A stretch of 64,000 bases of DNA. Source: Methanobacteriota archaeon. GTDB taxonomy: Archaea > Thermoplasmatota > Thermoplasmata > UBA10834. The stretch is from NCBI GenBank assembly GCA_020347645.1, contig CP070736.1:105788-169787 (forward strand), read 5' to 3'. Shown one piece after another: positions 37,285 through 47,088 of the stretch (within the stretch, counting starts at the first letter, position 1; every line of letters starts with the position of its first letter). The translations under genes were made by a program, and so were the position numbers. Below the pieces are notes generated by a model. It was given only the letters and a program-made list of their open reading frames with translations, had not been told where the DNA came from and made no database searches.

Positions 37285-38673
37285 ATGAGTGAGGAGTGGA
37301 CTGAGAAGCATCGCCCAAAATCGCTTTCTCAAGTCATGGGGAATGAAAACGCTATCCGAATCATGAAGCGCTGGGCGGATCTGTGGAAAAGCGGCACCCC
37401 CAGGAAGAAAGCACTCACTCTTAAGGGAGCCCCGGGAACCGGCAAGACCAGCTCCGCCATAGCTCTCGCCAACGATTATGGATGGGATGTGATCGAGATG
37501 AACGCCTCCGATCACAGAAACGCAGCTTCCATAATGAGAGTGGCTGGGATCGGATCTATCAGCCAGACGTTCTCCGAAGGCGGCGAGTTCCTCACAACTG
37601 CCGAAGGCAGGCGCAAACTGATAATCCTTGACGAGGCCGACAATCTTTTCGGCCGAGAAGATTACGGTGGAGCCAAGGCAATCGTCGAGACGATAAGGCA
37701 TACGAGCCAACCGATAATACTGATAGTGAACGACTACTACGCTCTCACAAGAAAAGCATCCGCAGTGAAGACGCTGGCAGAGAAAGTGAAGTTCCGAAGC
37801 CTCAATGATAGAGCTGTTATCGCCGTCCTGGCGGACATCTGTGCCAAGGAGGGTGTTGAGGTAGGCGACACGGTTCTTGGCATGATAGCGCGCAACGCAG
37901 CTGGAGACATGAGGGGCGCCATAAACGACCTCCAAATGATGGTCGAGGGTAGGACGAGAATCGACGAGAAGGATGCTGATGTCCTGAGCGAGCGGAACCA
38001 AGAGATGGAACTCGAAACAGCCCTCAACCTGATGTTCGGGGCAAGATCTGCGAAGGAAGCAAGGAATGCAACGCTGGATATTGACAAAACGCCTGAGGAG
38101 TTTATTTTGTGGGTCGAGGAAAGCATTCCAAAGGAGTTCATCATCCCAGCCGAAATGGCTGCAGCCTTCGATGCCCTTTCGAGATCGGACATCTTCCTCA
38201 AGAGGACCAAAGTACTGCGGCACTACGGCCTGTGGTCGTACGCCAAGGAGATGATGACTGCAGGTGTATCTCTGGCTCGTCAAGGCACCAGACGCTCTCC
38301 CCCATCGCGGTACGGCTTTCCGAGCTACCTCATCGTAATGTCTCGTTCAAGGTCCATCCGCAAATCTAGAGCAGAGCTGTGTTCGAAGTTGTCTCCCTTA
38401 CTGCATGCTTCTGCCAGGAGTATCGGGAGCTCGTTTCTGCCCTTTCTCTCGAAGATGGCCAAAAGGGATCCGAGCCTATTGGCCGATCTGGGTGCCGAGG
38501 CCGGTCTGGATGAAGGGGACGTTGCCTTCCTTCTCGGAGTCGATCCAGGCTCCGATGAGGTGAGTGATGCGATGGATCTGATAAGACTGACTAGGTCAGG
38601 GGACGCCCAGGCTGGTGAAGAAGGGATTGCCAAGCGCGGGACCCGCCACAAAAGGAGCTTGTCGGACTTCTAG
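37285..38673 (+). CDS. rfcL: Replication factor C large subunit
   Basis: WTEKHRPKSL, GAPGTGKTS, EMNASD.R, IILDEAD, GDMRGAINDLQ, C-terminal PIP-like KRSLSDF. Confidence 0.95.
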   Translation: MSEEWTEKHRPKSLSQVMGNENAIRIMKRWADLWKSGTPRKKALTLKGAPGTGKTSSAIALANDYGWDVIEMNASDHRNAASIMRVAGIGSISQTFSEGGEFLTTAEGRRKLIILDEADNLFGREDYGGAKAIVETIRHTSQPIILIVNDYYALTRKASAVKTLAEKVKFRSLNDRAVIAVLADICAKEGVEVGDTVLGMIARNAAGDMRGAINDLQMMVEGRTRIDEKDADVLSERNQEMELETALNLMFGARSAKEARNATLDIDKTPEEFILWVEESIPKEFIIPAEMAAAFDALSRSDIFLKRTKVLRHYGLWSYAKEMMTAGVSLARQGTRRSPPSRYGFPSYLIVMSRSRSIRKSRAELCSKLSPLLHASARSIGSSFLPFLSKMAKRDPSLLADLGAEAGLDEGDVAFLLGVDPGSDEVSDAMDLIRLTRSGDAQAGEEGIAKRGTRHKRSLSDF

Positions 38674-38687
38674 GAGAGGATGAAGAA

Positions 38688-39614
38688 ATGCCCACTACCG
38701 CTGCGGACCAGCTAGAGAAGCAGCAGTATCGAATCGTCGGCGGGACCGGCGCTGTCAAACTCTGTCACTGGATGAGACAGAAGCTCATCTATGGCAGACC
38801 CTGCTACAAGGAGGAGTTCTATGGCGTGGAATCGCATAGGTGTTTGCAGATGACACCTTCGGTGAACACATGCAACTGCAGGTGTCTCTTCTGCTGGCGT
38901 TTTCACGGGATGATAGGTCTCGAAGGGGCCGACAGTCCCGAGCCCGAGGAACTCCTCGAAGGATGTATCCGGGAGCAGAAGCTTCTCGTTTCGGGGTTCA
39001 AAGGTGACGAGAGATGCGATCCCGCTATGTGGGAGGAAGCGAGACGTCCAAACCAGGTCGCGATATCCCTTTCTGGTGAGCCAACGTTGTATCCCTACCT
39101 TGGCGACTTCATCGGATTGTGCAAGCGAAAGGGCCTGACTACATTTCTCGTCACCAATGGGACCTTGCCCGGGGTGATTGAGAGCCTAAGCCCCCTCCCA
39201 ACTCAGCTCTACGTGACCGTTGCAGCACCAAATCGTGAGGTGTTTAGGAAACTATGCGTGCCCCAGTCCGTCGGAGCCTGGAACAGGATTGAGGAGACCC
39301 TCAGCTTGATTGCATCACTGGACACTCGGACGGTCATACGCCATACCCTCGTTGACGGCTGGAATCTGGGTTGGGAGGATGAATACGCGAAGTTGGACTT
39401 GGCGGCGGATCCCATGTTTATCGAGCCCAAAGGGTTCGTCTTTGTTGGAGATTCGAGATCGAGAATGACGATTGACAACATGCCATCTCATTCGAGGGTG
39501 AGGGAATTCTCCGAGCGTATCGCTGACCGATTGTCGATGGATATTCTGATGGAGCGCGAGGACAGTCGCGTGGCGCTCATAGGGGAAAGAGGCTCGCAGC
39601 TCAAAATCGTTTGA
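38688..39614 (+). CDS. taw1: 4-demethylwyosine synthase (radical SAM)
   Basis: AVKLCHW, CYKEEFYG..SHRCLQMTP, CNCRCLFCWR, AISLSGEPTLYP. Confidence 0.95.
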   Translation: MPTTAADQLEKQQYRIVGGTGAVKLCHWMRQKLIYGRPCYKEEFYGVESHRCLQMTPSVNTCNCRCLFCWRFHGMIGLEGADSPEPEELLEGCIREQKLLVSGFKGDERCDPAMWEEARRPNQVAISLSGEPTLYPYLGDFIGLCKRKGLTTFLVTNGTLPGVIESLSPLPTQLYVTVAAPNREVFRKLCVPQSVGAWNRIEETLSLIASLDTRTVIRHTLVDGWNLGWEDEYAKLDLAADPMFIEPKGFVFVGDSRSRMTIDNMPSHSRVREFSERIADRLSMDILMEREDSRVALIGERGSQLKIV

Positions 39615-39617
39615 GCG

Positions 39618-41531
39618 CTACTTCAGACGAATCGTCTCAAGGTTGAGCGGGGCACGGGTCTCTATGCCGAATTTCTTGTACAGAGTGCTCGCAAGGTCTG
39701 AACATTTGTGGTCCTCGCCGTGGCCTATGATGATCCTTTCAGGCCTCGGCTCAAGCGTGCTGACATAGTTGACCAACTGCCTTCTGTCAGAGTGTCCAGA
39801 GAATCCGTCGGCGGTCTCGCTATCCATCTCCATCTTCAAGGAGATCTGTTTGCCACGTTCATTGAGGGTTATGTCGCTCCATCCTTTCTGGATCTTCCTG
39901 CCCATGGTCCCGTCCGCCTGGAAACCCACGAAGACTATGGTGTTGTTCGGGTCGTCGCACCATGCTTTGAAGTACTCCATGACCGGTCCGCCGTTCATCA
40001 TACCGCTTGTAGCCAGAACTATGCATGATTCCGGGTCATGGCAGATGCGCTCGCGCATATCAGGGCTATCGATTCTCTTGAAGATTGGCGACAGGAACGG
40101 GTTCTCTCCCATCTGGAAGATCTGCGTTCTGAGCTGACTGTTGAGATACTCCGGATAAGCGGTGTGTATGGCGGTTGCCTCCCAGATCATCCCATCAAGG
40201 TAGATGGGCACGGTGTGGATGTGATGGTTTCTCATAAGCTCCTCGAGCACGAGCATGACCTCTTGGGACCTGCCGACCGCGAAGACCGGTATGAGGACCT
40301 TTCCTCCACGACCGAGCGTCGTCCTAACGACCTCCCTTATCTGGTTGGCGGCGTCCTGGCGGCTAGGCTGCATGTCGTGATATCCGCCGTATGTGGACTC
40401 CATCACGAGCGTCTCGAGGCGAGGAAACTTGTTCACAGAGGCATTGAAAAGCCACGACTTCTCGAATTTGATGTCGCCTGAGAACGCTATGTTGTACATT
40501 CCGTCGCCGACATGGAAATGGGCTATTGACGACCCTAGAATGTGGCCGGCGTTCTGCAGGGTGAGTCTCACGTCCGGAGAGATGTCGGTTGTCTCGCCGT
40601 ACTTCAACGGTATGCAGTGCACCACTGCATCGCGTATGTGTGACGATTCGTACGGCGCCTTCTTGCCTTCTCCGACCGCCACCTTGATGAAGTCCAGTTG
40701 AAGGAGGGACATCAGGTCCCTGGTCGGTGGGGTACAGTAGATCGGACCCTCGTATTCGTACTTGTACAAGACCGGTACAAGGCCCGAGTGGTCAAGATGC
40801 GCATGGGTAACGACCACTGCGTCCAGCGTGTCCAACGGGAATAGCTCCGGCGCACTCAGATACGGTGTCGAACCGTTGTCATCTGCCGATACGGACACGC
40901 CGCAGTCTATCAGGATCTTGCTCTCCCTGGTGGAAAGCAGGGTCGCGCTCCTGCCAACCTCTCTGTATCCTCCCAGGGCAGTTACCCGCAGGTAAGCCTC
41001 GCCGTTGAGGCGTTGACGCATCAGTCTGCGCCCGACGCGCCTGAGAAACTCTTTCCTCTCATCCTGCACCTTCCTGAGGTAGTTCCGTATCTCGCTAACC
41101 GTCTTCGACGGTATCGGAGGAGCCCTAACCACTTTGGGGGCCCATCCGATCTCCTTCTTTATCTCGTTTAGAATCGCCCCGTGTTTGCCAATTACGAGTC
41201 CTGGAGAGATTGCCTCTATCGTGACTTCTCCTGTGTCGTCCTCGAAATAAGCGTTGGTGATCTTCGCCTCTTCCGGGATGATTTTCCTTATGCGCTCTTC
41301 TGCGCTGATTGGATCCGCTAGCATTGACGGGTCAGGTCTGATTGCCACCCTACGTCGGAGCGATTGCGCGAGCTGTCGCACGAGATCGTTGTTCTTGGCG
41401 AACTCATCGAGGTTCTTGGTGTATATGACTATGATCGGCCCCTCGAAATCGATCTCCGTCACTTCGATGTTAGTCGGTATGGTCTTCTTGACCGCTTCCC
41501 TTGCGTCTTCTAGAATCTTCTCTACGCCCAT
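39618..41531 (-). CDS. fttA: aCPSF1/FttA beta-CASP ribonuclease with KH domains
   Basis: N-terminal KH (PGLVIGKHG), LGGYREVGRS, THAHLDHSG, AGHILGS, GFSGHSDR, HGE. Confidence 0.96.
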   Translation of the reverse strand: MGVEKILEDAREAVKKTIPTNIEVTEIDFEGPIIVIYTKNLDEFAKNNDLVRQLAQSLRRRVAIRPDPSMLADPISAEERIRKIIPEEAKITNAYFEDDTGEVTIEAISPGLVIGKHGAILNEIKKEIGWAPKVVRAPPIPSKTVSEIRNYLRKVQDERKEFLRRVGRRLMRQRLNGEAYLRVTALGGYREVGRSATLLSTRESKILIDCGVSVSADDNGSTPYLSAPELFPLDTLDAVVVTHAHLDHSGLVPVLYKYEYEGPIYCTPPTRDLMSLLQLDFIKVAVGEGKKAPYESSHIRDAVVHCIPLKYGETTDISPDVRLTLQNAGHILGSSIAHFHVGDGMYNIAFSGDIKFEKSWLFNASVNKFPRLETLVMESTYGGYHDMQPSRQDAANQIREVVRTTLGRGGKVLIPVFAVGRSQEVMLVLEELMRNHHIHTVPIYLDGMIWEATAIHTAYPEYLNSQLRTQIFQMGENPFLSPIFKRIDSPDMRERICHDPESCIVLATSGMMNGGPVMEYFKAWCDDPNNTIVFVGFQADGTMGRKIQKGWSDITLNERGKQISLKMEMDSETADGFSGHSDRRQLVNYVSTLEPRPERIIIGHGEDHKCSDLASTLYKKFGIETRAPLNLETIRLK

Positions 41532-41613
41532 TGGCTTCACTCAACTCGATTGAACAGACCGTGTTGATTCGGTGGTTGTGTCCACTTCGTCTCTCGTTAG
41601 CTGACTAACACCC

Positions 41614-42255
41614 TCACGTGGAGAGCTTCAGCTTGGTCAGTCTCTTGTGGATCTCCTTTTCGTCCAGCGCGGAGAATCCGTCGCCGGTGATGGCTGCGAT
41701 TGACATACCATCTCCGGACGCTGAATCGCGCTTCATTGCGGCGTGCAAAGATCTTGCTGCCAGGTCGATTCCATCGCTCACCGACAGTCCGTTCCGGTAG
41801 TGGTCCTCAAGCACGCCATATACATACGGCGAGCCGGACCCAGTTGTGACATACTCGTCAGGGATTGCTCCTCCGACCATGTCAAGCGCGTAGACGTGGC
41901 CCGAGTTCTTGTCCACGCCTCCCAGTATAAGCCCTACCCAATACGGGTAGAATCTGCTACCTGCAAGTATATTGGAAGTCAGGGTGGCGGCGGATTTCAC
42001 GGTCATCGGCTGCCCGCGCTTGAGTTTGTAGAGCTCCACCTCGGCAGTGATGTACCTTGCCAAGGATTGCGCGTCACCGACGACTCCTGCGACCGCAAGT
42101 CCCAGATTGTCATCGATCTTGAACAGTTTCTGCGTAGTCTTGTGAGCGATCAAAGTCCCCATCGTAGCCCGCATTTCGGTGGCCATTACGACCCCATCTT
42201 TGCATACGATGCCTATCGTGGTCGTGCCCTTCTTTATCTCTTCATTCGTTGTCAT
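41614..42255 (-). CDS. psmB: Proteasome beta subunit
   Basis: 10-aa propeptide then KG|TTTIG, TGSGSPYVYGVLE, RDSASG. Confidence 0.97.
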   Translation of the reverse strand: MTTNEEIKKGTTTIGIVCKDGVVMATEMRATMGTLIAHKTTQKLFKIDDNLGLAVAGVVGDAQSLARYITAEVELYKLKRGQPMTVKSAATLTSNILAGSRFYPYWVGLILGGVDKNSGHVYALDMVGGAIPDEYVTTGSGSPYVYGVLEDHYRNGLSVSDGIDLAARSLHAAMKRDSASGDGMSIAAITGDGFSALDEKEIHKRLTKLKLST

Positions 42256-42399
42256 GAAATGACACCATCGGCGAAAACCTATCAGCTAGAATACGATTCT
42301 GAAGTATGATTGTGCCGGTATATAACAGTTTGTCCCCTCATTCAGAGGTATGAACCTCCGAAGGCAATGTTTATGGCCGATGGCTGCCAATTGAATCCA

Positions 42400-42521
42400 T
42401 GAGGTGGGTAGCCTACAAGTCCTCTCCAAGCAAGCACGCAGGTCGATTCTCGACCACCGTGCTCCAAAAACACGTCGCAGGAGAGGCCTGGCGACAGGAA
42501 TTGAATTGCCTGCCCATCTCA
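42400..42521 (+). ncRNA. Candidate structured non-coding RNA (five nested/adjacent stems)
   Basis: Stems 42400-11/42510-21, 42421-27/42480-86, 42433-38/42458-63, 42441-46/42450-55, 42487-90/42495-98 (GCGA loop); G-U pairs favour the + strand. Confidence 0.5.
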
Positions 42522-42591
42522 CCCCTTCCAATGAATGATAATGCTCATCTATTACCTACCGTGTTAACGGGTCTATAACGGTGATGATGCG

Positions 42592-42948
42592 ATGAGAATA
42601 CTCGTGGTAGATGACTCAGAAGCCTTTCGAAAGGTTCTTACCGAGCTGCTGGTAAGAGCCGGATTCCACAAGATCGACGAGGCAGGAGACTTCCAGACGG
42701 CCATCGAGGCGTTCAAGGCATCGAAACCGAAGTTCACTTTTGTCGACATGGTGCTGCCTGACAGATCGGGAGTCGACCTGACGAAGGAACTGCTTTCAAT
42801 CGATCCCAGCGCTGTCGTGATAGCCATGAGCTCCATAATCAACAAGAAGATGATACAGCAGAGCCTGGAAGCCGGCGCCAAGGATTTCCTACTCAAACCC
42901 ACCAACGAGATTGCCCTGAGTTCCGTCCTCGCGGTGTGGAGTGATTAG
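42592..42948 (+). CDS. Single-domain response regulator (CheY-like receiver)
   Basis: ILVVDD, phospho-Asp FVDMVLP, MSS, GAKDFLLKP. Confidence 0.92.
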   Translation: MRILVVDDSEAFRKVLTELLVRAGFHKIDEAGDFQTAIEAFKASKPKFTFVDMVLPDRSGVDLTKELLSIDPSAVVIAMSSIINKKMIQQSLEAGAKDFLLKPTNEIALSSVLAVWSD

Positions 42949-43497
42949 ATGAGACTCTTCCTCAGGAAGAGCAAGTCGAAGCCCAGCTCTAAGGAGCCCC
43001 GCCTATCGATATCGAGGAAGTACGACCTGAAACCTGGAAGATCGTACATCGTACAGGAGTCTCCGCCGCACATGAGCTTCGACGCGTTCGTCAACATAGT
43101 CTCCACAAGCCCAGGAGGAACCGGAGGGAAGACCCTGGGCATTGCGGTAACGCGGCAGCACCCAGAGCTCGTCAGGGAGAAGTACGAACTCGAGGACACG
43201 CCCATATACTGGCTGGCTACGAGGACTGGTGACAAAGTGATATCTCCGACGAACCTCGGCATCCTGGCCCAGACTCTCGTGAAGTTCGTGGAAAACGTGA
43301 GCGACGGTATCATCCTCTTGGATGGCATAGAGTATCTCGTCTCAAACAACGATTTCAACAAGGTCCTGAGAACGGTCAATCAGATCAACGACAACATCAC
43401 CCAGAGCGGCTCCAGGATGATCCTGCCCGTCGATCCGCGCGCATTTGACAGGAAGGAGCTGGCGCTGCTGATGCGGAACATGGAGAAACTAGGATAG
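42949..43497 (+). CDS. DUF835 domain protein
   Basis: PGRSYIV.E, VTRQHPE, PIYWL, ISPTNL, ILLDGIEYLVSNN.F, A.D.KELALL. Confidence 0.88.
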   Translation: MRLFLRKSKSKPSSKEPRLSISRKYDLKPGRSYIVQESPPHMSFDAFVNIVSTSPGGTGGKTLGIAVTRQHPELVREKYELEDTPIYWLATRTGDKVISPTNLGILAQTLVKFVENVSDGIILLDGIEYLVSNNDFNKVLRTVNQINDNITQSGSRMILPVDPRAFDRKELALLMRNMEKLG

Positions 43498-43502
43498 CAT
43501 TG

Positions 43503-45338
43503 TCATGAAGTAACGAGCGTGACGGCCGACATTATGAGGACGGCCACAAGGATGCACGATCCTATGGAGTACATCAGAGCGCCGATACGCCGCTGTTCTC
43601 CAATGCCCCAGGCGAAGTAGGCCACCACCGCGTTGATCTCCATTAGGAACGCTGCTAGAACGATGAATAGTTCGTCAGGGGCGAGCGTGCTCCTCCCTCC
43701 GCCTATCGATGCAAGGGAGACATAGATGGCGTGTGTCACGCCGAGCATTATGGGAGCAAGCACGTGGGTTGTCATTCTCATCATTGACAGCGTAGGCTTT
43801 ATGCGCCGCTTCAGAACCGCTTCGAGCTCGGCGACATCCCTCAAGTACCCAGCGAGGTCCATCGCAAGGATGCCTGCCTGAGCCTCGTTCTTTGACGCTG
43901 CCTCGATCACGACTCCAAGAGCTCTCTCCTCATTGGATTCGTCGCGCTCAGACGGCTTGCTGGCTTCCGTGTCCCACAGGGTTCGATGCGGCAGGCCGCT
44001 GCTCGGCTGGCCCACGCTCGCTGAGTGCAGAGCCGCTTCGAGGTTTTCGCCGTCGACCATCCTCGCGCCCGCGCCGAAGAGCAGATCTTCCATCAGCTCC
44101 CGTCTCTCCCAATCATCCAAATCTATCGGACGTGAGCCGCGAATCATCAGAAAAAGGGCGGTCGGGACCGATGCGCACAACACGCCTGAGACATACTCCG
44201 CTGAGCCTTCGAGAGCTGTGAACGACACAGCGATCCCTGCTGCCGAAAAGCCGAACGCGAGTGAAAGCCCTTTCGCGCTCCTCAAAGCATCCCATGACGC
44301 TTGTCGAACCGTGCTTTGGCGGGGCATTGGATGCTTGGAGACAGCGTCCAGAGCTACAAGAAGGGCTATGGCGGGGAATGCTACGTTCATAAGCGCGATC
44401 GTCTGGAGAACAATGTCATTCGGACGCACCCCTTCGGGAACTCCGTCTTTCACATCGACTCCCCACATGTCCCATGACAGCATCGGCAGGAAGGACCCTA
44501 CCATCAGCGGAAGCAGTATGCCGATTCCAAACAGGATCATGCTGGGCACGGAGAGGGCCAACGCGTACTCCTCGATTCGCCTCTTCACGCCGGTGACAAG
44601 CGCTTCGTTGGCTCTGTCAAGAGACCGCCTCCTGCCCGCCTCAGTGCCTTCGAACGAAGCGGTTATCGTTGCCCTTATTGCGGGCTTCAACTCCTCGCAG
44701 TGGGCAGACCATTTGACGGCAAGCTGATGAAGCGAGTCTTCAAACGTCGAATGCACTCCCGTTATGACTGACCAGATGCAATCCCTGAGCTCTGCGGCGA
44801 ACTCCGAACCCCTCCTTGCAGCCGCAGCCATTGCCTTTGGGAGCGAAGCCTCATGTCTGAGACTCATGATCATGAGGTTCATCTCATCGGTGGAGCTCCT
44901 CGCCACCATGGCTGCTCTTTTCGACGCGACGATCCGCGGGTACGAAAGCAGAGCTTCCTTTGACAGCAAAGGCACAGACACGGATAAGAACGCTGACAGA
45001 ATCACAAGCTCAAATCTTCCGGACAGCAGGAAGACAATCGTCGGTATCGATGAGGTTGGAATCGTCAAAGCTGAGAATCCTCTGGCCGCGGAATCCAGCA
45101 CGCTGACATCGAGGGGGAGCTTCGACAGCTCGAGATCCGATTTCAATTCTGCTCGCCGCGCGGAGAGCGGAGCAGGTGTTGCGACTCCGTCGGCACCAGC
45201 AGCCTGCGTCCTTTGGGAGCGCTCGCGACTTGCGGCGCCTATGCGAAACGGCAAGACAGAGTGTATTCTTGCGAGCACCACGCAAAGCCTGCAGAAGACC
45301 CTCCCGCGAGTTTCAAAGGCTTCCGACGCGCGACTCAT
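43503..45338 (-). CDS. Type IV pilus/T2SS membrane platform protein (fused TadB/TadC-like)
   Basis: Multi-TM protein with two repeats, directly downstream of the secretion ATPase. Confidence 0.7.
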   Translation of the reverse strand: MSRASEAFETRGRVFCRLCVVLARIHSVLPFRIGAASRERSQRTQAAGADGVATPAPLSARRAELKSDLELSKLPLDVSVLDSAARGFSALTIPTSSIPTIVFLLSGRFELVILSAFLSVSVPLLSKEALLSYPRIVASKRAAMVARSSTDEMNLMIMSLRHEASLPKAMAAAARRGSEFAAELRDCIWSVITGVHSTFEDSLHQLAVKWSAHCEELKPAIRATITASFEGTEAGRRRSLDRANEALVTGVKRRIEEYALALSVPSMILFGIGILLPLMVGSFLPMLSWDMWGVDVKDGVPEGVRPNDIVLQTIALMNVAFPAIALLVALDAVSKHPMPRQSTVRQASWDALRSAKGLSLAFGFSAAGIAVSFTALEGSAEYVSGVLCASVPTALFLMIRGSRPIDLDDWERRELMEDLLFGAGARMVDGENLEAALHSASVGQPSSGLPHRTLWDTEASKPSERDESNEERALGVVIEAASKNEAQAGILAMDLAGYLRDVAELEAVLKRRIKPTLSMMRMTTHVLAPIMLGVTHAIYVSLASIGGGRSTLAPDELFIVLAAFLMEINAVVAYFAWGIGEQRRIGALMYSIGSCILVAVLIMSAVTLVTS

Positions 45339-47088
45339 ATGATGCCACCCATCGCCTGAGACCCTCTTCGGGCGTTTCACAGCCGAAAAGGCTCGTCGTC
45401 AGAGACTCGTTAGACCAGACTCTCGTGTCGTCGGCGTGCTCGAGGCCTCGCCCGACTCCACCCCCTGCGCTGTCTGAAAGGACCTGGTCTGCATACGCCT
45501 TGGACCTGATGATATCCATTATTTCATCGGGTGCCCTGGCGAGGGCCGAAGCGATACCCTTGATCGTTCCGCAATCCTCCGAGAACTCCTGTGTGGGTTT
45601 CGCGCACGAACATTCCCGGTCCGTCTCAAACAGTCTGGTCAAACCAACGGAGGACCCTATCTGCCTGACTTCAGCCACTTCCGTCACCCGCCGCCGAAAT
45701 CGGGTTCCGTCCGGAGACCGCATCAGGCCTATGACCACGATGATGTCCGTAGACGAAAACGCTCTCTCGGAGACACCGAGATCCTCTACAGCTCTGTCAA
45801 GCACCCCTTTCGCGGAGTTACCATGTATTGTGCCGAGCACCGAGGAGCCTGCGCTACCGGCTCGCATGCTCTCATATAACACGCTCGCTTCTTTGCTCCT
45901 GACCTCCCCTATGACGATTGCGCTCTCGCCCATGCGGAGGCTGACTCTGAGGGCGTCCTTGGCGTCGAGGGAATGCCCAGAAGATCCACCTCCATGCGAG
46001 AACCTGAGCGTCTGGATATCATATCCCAGCTCCTGCAGCCTGCCGACAGGTATCTCGGGCGTGTCTTCGATCAGGAGTATCCTCTGTGACCTCGGGAATT
46101 CGAGCATCATGGCGGAGAGCAGAGTCGTCTTGCCCGCCCCCCTGCTGCCGGCTATCAGAACGGCTCTCCTACCGATGGCGCATGCCCACAGAAAGCCTGC
46201 CAAAAGGGGCGAGAGCGAGTCATTGGCGATTAGCGGAGGCATCGACCACACCCTCTCCGAATGCCTCCTCACAGCCACGGAAACGCCTCTGTCGCTGAGA
46301 GGAGGCGAAACGAGCGTGACGCGCGATCGGAGGCCTCTTATGTCGGCCTCGAGGACTGGCACGGCCTCGGAGAATGGCAGCCCGGTCTCGAACTTGATTC
46401 TCGACACGAACGCCTGGAGGTCGCGTCTGCCAACGAAGACGTTCGTCCGACACTTCTGTCGGACAGGTTGCGCTGCGCCCGATCTGAGCACCACGTGCAC
46501 CGGTGCACGATTGGAGGGTGCGTCCACATAGACGTCTTGGACGCGCGTATCCTTGAGCATCGTCTCAAGGACTCCGTAGCCCGCAGTGTATCTGCATATG
46601 ATGGTAGCCAACGCCTCAGCCTCCTTCTCAAGCTCTTCCCCGCGAGCATCCCCACATCGGCGGGCAATCGTCGAGTGAGCCACGTCTTTGGCCAAGCTTT
46701 TCAGGTGTGCGCGTATGATGCCGATCGATTCAACGTGCGCGTCGCCTGGCCGGGAGCGACCCACCATATCCATTGCTTCACTCAGCACGAGCAGCTGCCT
46801 CGAATTCATCCTGTACTCGGGTGGATCCACAAGATAGATGCCACAGCTGCTGTCCTTCGGCGATATGATAGAGACATCGACCCCGTCGACCGAGTAACTC
46901 TCAACGATGTCCTCTGTCGAATATCGCTCAGCCATGAGCCATGAGGAGGCGAAGCAGGGCCTGATCTCGCACTGGTGCAGAGAGAGGGGTGACTCGAGGC
47001 GCGTCGTCAATCCCGCTGGCGACGATGCCTGATTCGCTTCCAACGATCGATGGCGGACGATACGGGGCCTGGGACAGCGGTTCGGCAT
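45313..47088 (-). CDS. Type II/IV secretion system ATPase (VirB11/TadA/FlaI family)
   Basis: GYGVLE..L.D..VQDVYV, GSRGAGKTT, LIEDTPEI, SLRMGESAIVIGEVR, GTIHG. Confidence 0.93.
   Translation of the reverse strand: MPNRCPRPRIVRHRSLEANQASSPAGLTTRLESPLSLHQCEIRPCFASSWLMAERYSTEDIVESYSVDGVDVSIISPKDSSCGIYLVDPPEYRMNSRQLLVLSEAMDMVGRSRPGDAHVESIGIIRAHLKSLAKDVAHSTIARRCGDARGEELEKEAEALATIICRYTAGYGVLETMLKDTRVQDVYVDAPSNRAPVHVVLRSGAAQPVRQKCRTNVFVGRRDLQAFVSRIKFETGLPFSEAVPVLEADIRGLRSRVTLVSPPLSDRGVSVAVRRHSERVWSMPPLIANDSLSPLLAGFLWACAIGRRAVLIAGSRGAGKTTLLSAMMLEFPRSQRILLIEDTPEIPVGRLQELGYDIQTLRFSHGGGSSGHSLDAKDALRVSLRMGESAIVIGEVRSKEASVLYESMRAGSAGSSVLGTIHGNSAKGVLDRAVEDLGVSERAFSSTDIIVVIGLMRSPDGTRFRRRVTEVAEVRQIGSSVGLTRLFETDRECSCAKPTQEFSEDCGTIKGIASALARAPDEIMDIIRSKAYADQVLSDSAGGGVGRGLEHADDTRVWSNESLTTSLFGCETPEEGLRRWVASYESRVGSL

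Noticed and set aside
37234-46531. Long antisense ORFs (e.g. 37234-38283, 45176-46531, 43933-44727; similarly 17195-18046 and 57747-58574)
   Set aside because: Shadows of well-supported genes in GC-rich DNA, with no recognisable motifs.
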